Positions 1 to 7,127 of a stretch of 64,000 nucleotides of DNA are shown piece by piece. The first letter of the stretch is position 1; every line of letters begins with the position of its first letter. Under the pieces are notes generated by a model, which saw only the letters and a list, made by a program, of their open reading frames with translations, was not told the origin of the DNA and searched no databases. A program made the translations under genes and the position numbers. Origin of the DNA: a virus; the IMG/VR virus record IMGVR_UViG_3300025133_000066, positions 14,291 to 78,290 of that record; one strand, given 5' to 3'.

Positions 1-547
1 CCAAGGCCAATTCTTCTTTGTAATCCATAATAGTTCCGGGGGTGCCAGCCCATCCGCTTTTTTCAGGAACGATATCGACGATGAGTTCTTCCAAGATCTC
101 ATCAAGATCTTCTAAATTTATTTCCTCTTCCAAGGTTACATCAACAGGGACAGATGAAGTCTCCGCTTCTTGGGACGAGGGTGGCTCGGCGCCCGGCACA
201 TCATCAACAAGATTTTCGTGTGGTGATGGTTCACCAATCAAATCTCCTTCTGCATCAGCAAGAGCTTCGGCCATATCTTTAAGCTCTTCCATACTTAATA
301 CAATTTCTTGCTCATCGATTGATTCTGGTGGTGCACCAGCAAGAGGAATACTATCTTCCAAGGAAGTAGATAATCCCATTCCATCCTCAACACCAAGGGC
401 AAGCTCATCGTCTTGCTCTAACAAGTTTTCCACCGCCTCTTTAATGTCGGTTGAATATTTATTCAAAATTGCAGATTCAGCATTTTTAATGGCTGCCTCT
501 TTTAAAGCTGCTGCATCAATTATCGCTTGTTCTAGTAATGAAGACAT
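1..547 (-). CDS. Putative prohead core/scaffolding protein (gp22-like), 5' part only; runs off the window and is absent from the ORF track
   Basis: ATG at 547 opens MSSLLEQAIIDAAALKEAAIKNAESAILNKYSTDIKEAVENLLEQDDEL..., an acidic helical sequence with many [IL]-x-E sites. It has a weak purine-rich RBS (AAGGGAA), the ACTATTTAT motif upstream, and lies downstream of portal and protease. Confidence 0.65.
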   Translation of the reverse strand, partial: MSSLLEQAIIDAAALKEAAIKNAESAILNKYSTDIKEAVENLLEQDDELALGVEDGMGLSTSLEDSIPLAGAPPESIDEQEIVLSMEELKDMAEALADAEGDLIGEPSPHENLVDDVPGAEPPSSQEAETSSVPVDVTLEEEINLEDLDEILEELIVDIVPEKSGWAGTPGTIMDYKEELAL

Positions 548-577
548 AGATATATTCCCTTATAGATTTACTCACAA

Positions 578-586
578 ATAAATAGT
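578..586 (-). promoter_or_regulatory. Putative late promoter motif ACTATTTAT
   Basis: Intergenic, 30 nt upstream of ATG 547; the motif recurs before structural genes. Confidence 0.6.
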
Positions 587-624
587 CTTTCGAAATACAA
601 AATGACCGTTTTTATTATAAGGAA

Positions 625-1032
625 TTAATCTGTAAGTCCGGACCCAGTTAAGGCGAACATCTCATTGTCTTTAATTCCAGTTAAGTCAGCAACCAATTCG
701 AAGGATCCCGTTGAGGTGGTTGTTTCCAGTGAAATATAAATTTCTTTACACTTTTGATTAAAAGTTATACTGTCTTTTTTATCTTCCAACGTAAAATAGT
801 GATGCCCCCCAATAACATTTCCATCTACAGCAGAATTAAAATGAACTCGGATTGGAACACTGGCACTCGTGTTTGTTACTAAAATATTTTTTGTTACATT
901 CGGAAAAGAAATTTTAACTTCACCCAAATTTGGGTTTGCAGGATCGACTAAAGTTCCAGTTAAATATGGTGTCCCGCCGACTTGATAGGATCCGACATTT
1001 TGTAATCCTGCTCTGTACTCATAAATTGGCAT
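625..1032 (-). CDS. Hypothetical beta-rich protein, probably virion-associated
   Basis: 135-aa ORF with AGGAG RBS, upstream ACTAATTAT motif and several [ST]-[GA]-[ST] tripeptides. Confidence 0.6.
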   Translation of the reverse strand: MPIYEYRAGLQNVGSYQVGGTPYLTGTLVDPANPNLGEVKISFPNVTKNILVTNTSASVPIRVHFNSAVDGNVIGGHHYFTLEDKKDSITFNQKCKEIYISLETTTSTGSFELVADLTGIKDNEMFALTGSGLTD

Positions 1033-1053
1033 TTATTAAACTCCTAACATTCT

Positions 1054-1062
1054 ATAATTAGT
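1054..1062 (-). promoter_or_regulatory. Putative late promoter motif ACTAATTAT
   Basis: Intergenic, 21 nt upstream of ATG 1032. Confidence 0.55.
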
Positions 1063-1082
1063 TTTGAAAACTTAATTATCTT

Positions 1083-1304
1083 TTATTTTATTTTATTTTC
1101 CTCAGCAAGTTTTTTAAGAACTTGCTTTCTTCTTTTCTTTTTTTCCCTTCTTTTCTCAGAAGGCTTTTCATATCGCAAAGTTTCACGATAAGTTTCTAAG
1201 ATTTTTTCTTTTTTGACCTTCTTTATAAATCTTTTTATCATTCTCTGCGGAGTGTCATTCCGGCCTCTGGGCTTGACTGATATATTCACTGGTTTTTTTG
1301 ACAT
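1083..1304 (-). CDS. rpsU: Phage-encoded ribosomal protein bS21 homolog
   Basis: 73-aa very basic protein with the bS21 pattern MIKRFIKKVKK...ILE..RE..RYEKPSEKRR and a GGAG RBS. Confidence 0.85.
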   Translation of the reverse strand: MSKKPVNISVKPRGRNDTPQRMIKRFIKKVKKEKILETYRETLRYEKPSEKRREKKKRRKQVLKKLAEENKIK

Positions 1305-1318
1305 TTTATCTCCATAAT

Positions 1319-1969
1319 TTATCCAACTTTTTTAATTATCGGAATAACAACCTTGTTGTTTCCTTTAAAATAATTACAATTTTTTGGGATTTCTATATCT
1401 ATTATCTTTTCTTTATATAAAATTCTCGGGTTCTCTATAATTAGGTCCTTCCAGCGCGAATGATTGAATTTGCTTTCAGAAGAATTTAAATAACACGATA
1501 AGATCGATTCAGGCTTCATATGCCAATCTAAACAAATATCAATAAACAGATAGAGCCTTTCCTGATCTACTCTGAATTGTAATAAATTTTCTTTTGTAAC
1601 CTCTTCAAATGTTTCGAGAGGATAGTCATCAAAAAATATAAAATCAAACTCTCCCACAGAAGATAAAGCTTTTTGCCAAGTATTATGAATAATGTTAATA
1701 TTCTTATATTTTTCTGACCAGTTTTTGCACCTCTGGATTACTGTAGTGTCACATTCAATTATTGTATGACTTTTGGGATTATAGTGCTGAATTTGTGTTG
1801 CCGAATACCCACACCCAAATCCGATTTCAAGAACATCACCAGTAGGCTTTATTTCATCAATAATCGCCTCCATATAGGGCTTTTCCCATTCCATCATCAC
1901 TTGGTATTTTGAACCTTTAAGTAAAAGCTCTTTTTGATTTTCATCTAAAATAAATTCTTGTTCTAACAT
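1319..1969 (-). CDS. Class I SAM methyltransferase, guanidinoacetate N-methyltransferase/RMT2-like
   Basis: Motifs VMMEWEKPYM, VLEIGFGCG, HTIIEC and FDFIFFDDYP match the GAMT/RMT2 family pattern. Confidence 0.8.
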   Translation of the reverse strand: MLEQEFILDENQKELLLKGSKYQVMMEWEKPYMEAIIDEIKPTGDVLEIGFGCGYSATQIQHYNPKSHTIIECDTTVIQRCKNWSEKYKNINIIHNTWQKALSSVGEFDFIFFDDYPLETFEEVTKENLLQFRVDQERLYLFIDICLDWHMKPESILSCYLNSSESKFNHSRWKDLIIENPRILYKEKIIDIEIPKNCNYFKGNNKVVIPIIKKVG

Positions 1970-1978
1970 TCGCGCCCC

Positions 1979-2491
1979 TTATGTCTTCTTTCTTATAAAG
2001 ATTTTACCACCAAACACCTCATCGCTGGAATTCGTCGGCTGGAAACTTATAATAACATAATTTGATCCGTCTCCGGGAACTACACTAGTAAAAGTATGTA
2101 TTACATTTTGAGCGCCGAAGAAAAGCTGAAGATCCGTCACGGCCGTGCTATCAAGTGCGGAACTAAAAGCCCTGAGGCTATAAAGAGGGGTTACGGTCCC
2201 ACGGATGATGAAGGCGTATGCCTCATAGGCTCTGGGAATAATCTTCATAGCATACGAAGCACCAGCGGAAGTGCCAGCAGGAATTCGGATAGCACCCGCG
2301 CCGACTGTAGCTGTATATTGACCTTCGATAGCTGTTGATTGAGGGCGACTAGTTGATGCATACTCGCGAACATTAAAATCAGTCCCCAATAACGGGATAT
2401 ACTCACTATTTCCCAAGTAACCAGCAGACCAGCCATCATCGACTGTGATGGGATCAGAAATATAATTTGGGCTTGGTCTAAATCTTGACAT
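1979..2491 (-). CDS. Hypothetical beta-rich protein, paralog A of a tandem triplet
   Basis: 170 aa; shares MSRFR, GYLGN.EYIP, FNVREY, AMKIIP, GDG and GGKIFIRK with the next two ORFs. Confidence 0.75.
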   Translation of the reverse strand: MSRFRPSPNYISDPITVDDGWSAGYLGNSEYIPLLGTDFNVREYASTSRPQSTAIEGQYTATVGAGAIRIPAGTSAGASYAMKIIPRAYEAYAFIIRGTVTPLYSLRAFSSALDSTAVTDLQLFFGAQNVIHTFTSVVPGDGSNYVIISFQPTNSSDEVFGGKIFIRKKT

Positions 2492-2504
2492 TAATTAATC
2501 CCCC

Positions 2505-3011
2505 TCATGTTTTCTTTCTTATAAAAATTTTACCACCATACACCTCAGACTTGATATTTGCTGGCTCGAAATATATAGCAACATAATTGGAACCATCTCC
2601 GGGAACTACACTAGTAAAAGTATGTGTTGTATTTTGCGCGCCGGGGGCAGCTTGAAGATTCGTCACGGTGTTGCTATCGAGTGTAGAACTAAAAGCTCTG
2701 ACATTGTAAGTAGGAAATATAGTACCATGCACAATAAAAGCAAAGGCTTCGTAAGCCTTAGGAATAATCTTCATAGCATATGAGGGCCCCATGGCGGCGC
2801 CAGCAGGAATTCGGATAGCACCTCCTGTCCCATTTGTATATTGACCTTCGATAGCTGTTGATTGAGGGCGACCAGTTGTTGCATACTCGCGAACATTAAA
2901 ATCAGAACCAAACACTGGAATATATTCATCATTTCCCAAGTAGCCGGCAGACCAAGAGCCATCGACCGTGAGGCCACCAAAAATCTTATTATTAGCTCTG
3001 AATCTTGACAT
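2505..3011 (-). CDS. Hypothetical beta-rich protein, paralog B
   Basis: 168 aa; long identical DNA tracts shared with paralog A; GGGGGA RBS. Confidence 0.75.
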   Translation of the reverse strand: MSRFRANNKIFGGLTVDGSWSAGYLGNDEYIPVFGSDFNVREYATTGRPQSTAIEGQYTNGTGGAIRIPAGAAMGPSYAMKIIPKAYEAFAFIVHGTIFPTYNVRAFSSTLDSNTVTNLQAAPGAQNTTHTFTSVVPGDGSNYVAIYFEPANIKSEVYGGKIFIRKKT

Positions 3012-3075
3012 TAATTAATCCCCCCCTATATTTATATAGTTCTCATTTTTGAAGAAGAGAACCAAAAAACACCTC

Positions 3076-3579
3076 TCAAGGTATTTTTCTTATGAAAATT
3101 TTACCACCAAACATCTCATCGGTGGCGTTTACCGGATCGAATTCTATAATAACATAAGTTTGTCCGTCTCCGGAGCCAGCAGTAGTAAAAGTGTGTATTA
3201 TATTTTGATTACCCGAAGCAACAGACGGATTGGCACCGGTAGTGAGGCGCGATCCATATGCCGCAACATCAAAAAGAGGAGCAATTTGCCCGTGAATAAT
3301 GAAAGCGAATGCTTCATATCCAGGGGGAATGATTTTCATAGCAAATGATCCACCATCAGTGCACGGAAGAACAACAGAGCCCCCCGGTGGGGTCGTTGTA
3401 GTCTGTAAGCCTTCTATAACATTATTCTGTGTAGTAGTAGTGCGACTATACTCCCGCACATTAAAATCTGTTGGGAGCAATGGAATATATTCGTCATTCC
3501 CCAAGTAACCATCATTCCACTCACCATTAACTGTGATACCACCATAAATATAATTTGGGCTTGGTCTAAATCTGGACAC
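3076..3579 (-). CDS. Hypothetical beta-rich protein, paralog C
   Basis: 167 aa, GTG start, GGAGG RBS, upstream ACTATTTAT motif. Confidence 0.75.
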   Translation of the reverse strand: MSRFRPSPNYIYGGITVNGEWNDGYLGNDEYIPLLPTDFNVREYSRTTTTQNNVIEGLQTTTTPPGGSVVLPCTDGGSFAMKIIPPGYEAFAFIIHGQIAPLFDVAAYGSRLTTGANPSVASGNQNIIHTFTTAGSGDGQTYVIIEFDPVNATDEMFGGKIFIRKIP

Positions 3580-3593
3580 TTATAACCTCCGCT

Positions 3594-3602
3594 ATAAATA
3601 GT
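3594..3602 (-). promoter_or_regulatory. Putative late promoter motif ACTATTTAT
   Basis: Intergenic, 14 nt upstream of GTG 3579. Confidence 0.6.
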
Positions 3603-3614
3603 CAGAAAGACAAT

Positions 3615-4037
3615 CTAAATCATGTTTTTCCAGTTCTTTCCGCCACCAATTGCCATGATTCCACTTATATCGACACCCGGATCGTTTGCTGCATAAGTTG
3701 CTAAAGGGCCCTGGGCCGGAGATCCGCCAGGAGACCCCCCTTTGTGGAGGGGTTCAACATCTTCAAAAATTCCTTTAAATCCGCTGCCGAGGGATTCTTC
3801 AAGCTTTCTCTTTTTTTCCGTCATTGCAGCATGTGCTTCTTCTTGGAGTTCCACACGCTGTCTTGAGAAGTCGTGTTCTGGCTCTGATGCCTTGGATTCA
3901 ACGATTGTTTGCTGAGAGCCAATACCCAGTGCGACTTCTTTAATTAAATTTGACAAAATACCCTCTTCAAAGATTACTTCCTTGATGCATTCTTTGATAA
4001 GAGGTTTTAATATTTTCTTAAATTCATTCTTTTTCAT
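3615..4037 (-). CDS. Hypothetical head-region protein with N-terminal LIKE helix
   Basis: Start moved to ATG 4037 (ATGA overlap with the upstream stop); begins MKKNEFKKILKPLIKECIKEVIFEE. Confidence 0.7.
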   Translation of the reverse strand: MKKNEFKKILKPLIKECIKEVIFEEGILSNLIKEVALGIGSQQTIVESKASEPEHDFSRQRVELQEEAHAAMTEKKRKLEESLGSGFKGIFEDVEPLHKGGSPGGSPAQGPLATYAANDPGVDISGIMAIGGGKNWKNMI

Positions 4038-4393
4038 TTTCTTCTCTTTTTTTCTATAAAATGGCGCCAATTTTCTGTTAGGGATTTTGTTTGTTTATGA
4101 TCTGACCAGCCTTCATTGGCGGCGGCGGCCTTAGGAACGGCCGGGGGGGACGGGGATCTTTTGATATTCATTGGTGTTGGTGCCATCCTACCATATGTAT
4201 TTTGCCCTATTTGGAGACTAAGGGCATCTGTTCCGGCCACCAAAGCAGTAAGCTGATCGATGCTTATATCCATACCTTCTAGGGTATCTAATATTTTTTG
4301 TAAGATCTCAACTTGTTTCGCACCTAATTTTTCCGCGCCCCTAGAGTCCAGAAACTCTTTTAAAAGAACCAAAGAAGATAGTTTAATTTCCAT
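4034..4393 (-). CDS. Hypothetical protein with C-terminal ENWRHF motif
   Basis: 119-aa ORF packed between neighbours, immediately downstream of the protease. Confidence 0.6.
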   Translation of the reverse strand: MEIKLSSLVLLKEFLDSRGAEKLGAKQVEILQKILDTLEGMDISIDQLTALVAGTDALSLQIGQNTYGRMAPTPMNIKRSPSPPAVPKAAAANEGWSDHKQTKSLTENWRHFIEKKRRK

Positions 4394-4396
4394 TTT

Positions 4397-5008
4397 TTAA
4401 TTTCCCAGTATATTGTTTAAAGCTCTATTAATTCTATCTGCTTTTGTAAAAATATTTGGCTCTTTATATTGCTTGCCTTCCTGCAAATTCATGAAGGCGT
4501 TTGGTGTACTTGGCTCCGAAACAAAATCAAAACAAATAAGTTGAAAATCATCCTCGACCATTGTTCCTTGAGTGCTTTCACGAACAGAACCAAGGCCTCG
4601 TGACGAAATACCAAGTTGGACTCCCGATTCAACGAGGGATCTTAGGATTCCGCCGGCTGGGGTGTTAAGAACCTTAACGGTTCCCATAACTTTTGGGCCG
4701 TCTGCCCAAATATTGGTAACCATGTGGCTAGCATTTCTTAAATTAATGACAGAATCATCTGGATGATCAAGTTCGCCAAGGGCTCGCTTTTCTTTGACAA
4801 GCTTTTGGTATGTCTTAACCTCCCTCATAAGGGTCTTTTGAGGATAAACCCTCCCATTGCCATTCTGGACATCGCAGTGCTGCATAAGGCCAGTTAAATA
4901 CATGGCATTGTTTTCTCTTATATCTCTCTTCTCGGCCTCTGTCAGCAGATCTTGACAAACGCCCCCCTCACAAAGAGCATAATATTCTCTCAATAAAACT
5001 TTACTCAT
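4397..5008 (-). CDS. Prohead core protein protease (T4 gp21-like)
   Basis: Motifs NGRVYP, GELDHP, GISSRGLGS and DFVSEPS. Confidence 0.93.
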   Translation of the reverse strand: MSKVLLREYYALCEGGVCQDLLTEAEKRDIRENNAMYLTGLMQHCDVQNGNGRVYPQKTLMREVKTYQKLVKEKRALGELDHPDDSVINLRNASHMVTNIWADGPKVMGTVKVLNTPAGGILRSLVESGVQLGISSRGLGSVRESTQGTMVEDDFQLICFDFVSEPSTPNAFMNLQEGKQYKEPNIFTKADRINRALNNILGN

Positions 5009-5029
5009 TTTTTTCCCTCTTTAAAGTAG

Positions 5030-5083
5030 TCAACAACCGTTTTTACAACGACGGACTCCTCGAAGCATATATCTTATAAACAT
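5030..5083 (-). CDS. 17-aa Arg/Cys-rich small peptide MFIRYMLRGVRRCKNGC (not in ORF track)
   Basis: Extended Shine-Dalgarno AGGAGGTGA 5 nt before ATG 5083; fills the gap between two genes. Confidence 0.55.
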   Translation of the reverse strand: MFIRYMLRGVRRCKNGC

Positions 5084-5084
5084 G

Positions 5085-5372
5085 TTAATCACCTCCTCGT
5101 AGATTTATGCCGTTATCTCCAAATACCGTGCTTAAGATATAAGAAGTTCCAGAACTTAGGCAGCCACAAATAAAGAAATTCATAACATTAAGTTCGTATG
5201 TAAATAGTTCCGTAAAAGGGCTTATTCCACATAAAAAAATACCAACCCAAAAGCCAGTGCACATTGGACATCTCCAAAAGTAGCCACTTGGTCGGATTTT
5301 ATTAAAAATTTTGGCATAACAGATTAATTGAGTTAATCCGTAGGCAGTTAGGATGAAATAGAGGAGGGACAA
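5085..5372 (-). CDS. Small membrane protein with CxxC (DUF1360-like)
   Basis: Hydrophobic 95-aa protein with CPMCTGFW motif; TTG start. Confidence 0.6.
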   Translation of the reverse strand: MSLLYFILTAYGLTQLICYAKIFNKIRPSGYFWRCPMCTGFWVGIFLCGISPFTELFTYELNVMNFFICGCLSSGTSYILSTVFGDNGINLRGGD

Positions 5373-5376
5373 CTGG

Positions 5377-5763
5377 TTACCGCAGAGCTTCTAAAAACTG
5401 CTCTTCGCCGTATTTGGTGAGAAATGCTTTTATGGCTTTTAAATAGTCTTCGATCGTGTAATCTCCACTGACCATCAAGTCGGACTCAAGATCGTCATAT
5501 CCCGGAGCCTCACCATCTGCGGGCATGTCCTTAAGCCAATGATCTTCATCTTCTTCTTCAATCGCGGCCTCCAACTTGTCGAACAATTGTTGTTTTAAAT
5601 TAAATAATTTACTAGAATCAGCAGTAGATCTAGTATCCTGTGGTTCTGAGCCTCTTCCGATGCCCATCTCCCGGTTCATTCCGCCCATCATTTTAGTTTC
5701 TGACAGGACGTTTCTAACCTCTTCTTTAATAATCTTTCTCAATTGTTTTGATGTAAGTTTCAT
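5377..5763 (-). CDS. Hypothetical protein carrying the MKLTxxQLRKIIKEE tag
   Basis: Starts MKLTSKQLRKIIKEEVRNVLSE, followed by an acidic cargo region. Confidence 0.7.
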   Translation of the reverse strand: MKLTSKQLRKIIKEEVRNVLSETKMMGGMNREMGIGRGSEPQDTRSTADSSKLFNLKQQLFDKLEAAIEEEDEDHWLKDMPADGEAPGYDDLESDLMVSGDYTIEDYLKAIKAFLTKYGEEQFLEALR

Positions 5764-6308
5764 TTTTCTTTTCCTTCAAGCATGTAGCTCATCCAATATG
5801 GCTGATAAGTATATCCGGGCTTGATTGAACCCTTTTCAGAGGCTTGCGGCACTTCACCAAGTTCTGTAGAGTCTTGATCTGTCGGATGTGTATAATAATT
5901 GTCAAGCATTTGTTCATAATCATCGATGTAATCATAATATGGTTTTTCTTCTTTTAAGAACTTATAAATACCATAAATTGTATAATCTACTGGATTTATT
6001 TCTTTATTTTTAGAAGTCGGAATTAAACCCTCCAATGATCCATAAACGCTGCCTCCTCTGATTGACTCATATTCGACAACACCATTTCGTTTTAAAAATT
6101 CAAATAGTCTATTTTGAGCCTCGTAAACGGTTTCAGAATAATCATTCTTGGCAAAAGTTACAACCTTGCTCTTAGTCGGCATAATTACGATATCCATCTC
6201 TTCGTGATCAAAGATCATAATATTTCCATCAAGAGATTTTCTAGCTTTTAATTCTAAAGTAATTTTCTCTTGGCGCGCTGCTTTTCCAATCTGGATTGTA
6301 ATTGCCAT
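5760..6308 (-). CDS. Hypothetical head-module protein
   Basis: 182-aa ORF translationally coupled to both neighbours. Confidence 0.7.
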   Translation of the reverse strand: MAITIQIGKAARQEKITLELKARKSLDGNIMIFDHEEMDIVIMPTKSKVVTFAKNDYSETVYEAQNRLFEFLKRNGVVEYESIRGGSVYGSLEGLIPTSKNKEINPVDYTIYGIYKFLKEEKPYYDYIDDYEQMLDNYYTHPTDQDSTELGEVPQASEKGSIKPGYTYQPYWMSYMLEGKEK

Positions 6309-7127
6309 TTAAGCCAGTTCCTTAACGAGACCTTGAATTTTTAAAATATCATGAACAAATTTATTATCCAAGACTCTCTTTGATGTCGTTTCCAAAATTT
6401 TAATAACTTTTTTTGTCTTTTCCACCATATCTTGATCATTTTTGATTTCTTTCAAATTAAGAGAATTTTTGACGATATTTGTAAGTCTGGGGATTTCCTC
6501 ATTCAAAAACATCTTCAATTCGATACCGTGATCAGCAAAGGAACCGATATATTTACTCAATAATTCTTTTTGTTCTTTTATTAGCTTATTAGAATACTTC
6601 TCATTAAACTTTTGAACAAATGTTTTATAAGTTAGGTTGTCAATTGGTTTTAAAAATTCTTTTTCGCGCTCTTCTTCGGTAATCATAATGTTGATCATAT
6701 GATTTTCCAACAATACTCTTTGTTTTGTTTTTACTTTTGGATTAAAAATTTGAAAAACTGTTGCCAAATCTCTATAATTTGGAATAAAATTGGAAAATGC
6801 CTCTGGAGATATAAATTTATTTATTTTGTCGATTATCGCCGTCTGTTCTTTGAAAAGCTCTCGATGATTGATAGTCTTTTTCTGCATTCTTGATTCGAAA
6901 ATTAATCTTTCCGCTGTATGTCTCTCGACGTTTTTGGTGTCCAGAATTGATTTATAAATATCCATATCCTTAGCCAAAACAGTATTTCCCCTAAAGTGTT
7001 CCTTAATGAGCTTCATAATAATTTTTTTCTTATTATCATTTTTTTCCATAATGGTTTTGGCCAGTTCCCTGATTAGCACCTCGAAAATAAAAGCGCTATT
7101 GCGCTTCTTATTGTGTTTCATTTTCAT
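6309..7127 (-). CDS. Hypothetical helical protein directly downstream of portal
   Basis: 272-aa ORF overlapping the portal stop; basic N-terminus KHNKKRN. Confidence 0.7.
   Translation of the reverse strand: MKMKHNKKRNSAFIFEVLIRELAKTIMEKNDNKKKIIMKLIKEHFRGNTVLAKDMDIYKSILDTKNVERHTAERLIFESRMQKKTINHRELFKEQTAIIDKINKFISPEAFSNFIPNYRDLATVFQIFNPKVKTKQRVLLENHMINIMITEEEREKEFLKPIDNLTYKTFVQKFNEKYSNKLIKEQKELLSKYIGSFADHGIELKMFLNEEIPRLTNIVKNSLNLKEIKNDQDMVEKTKKVIKILETTSKRVLDNKFVHDILKIQGLVKELA

Noticed and set aside
42-581. 179-aa plus-strand ORF, and all other plus-strand ORFs in the track (e.g. 7358..7744, 46896..47294, 60594..61085)
   Set aside because: They lie antisense to well-supported minus-strand genes and show shadow-frame composition (Ser/Phe/Pro-rich) with no recognisable motifs.
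1979-3579. Possible diversity-generating retroelement template/variable repeats in the paralog triplet
   Set aside because: All three copies are intact full genes, differences are not obviously adenine-specific, and there is no reverse transcriptase in the window.
3593-3600. T4 late promoter TATAAATA on the plus strand
   Set aside because: It points away from all real genes; better explained as the reverse complement of the minus-strand ACTATTTAT motif.
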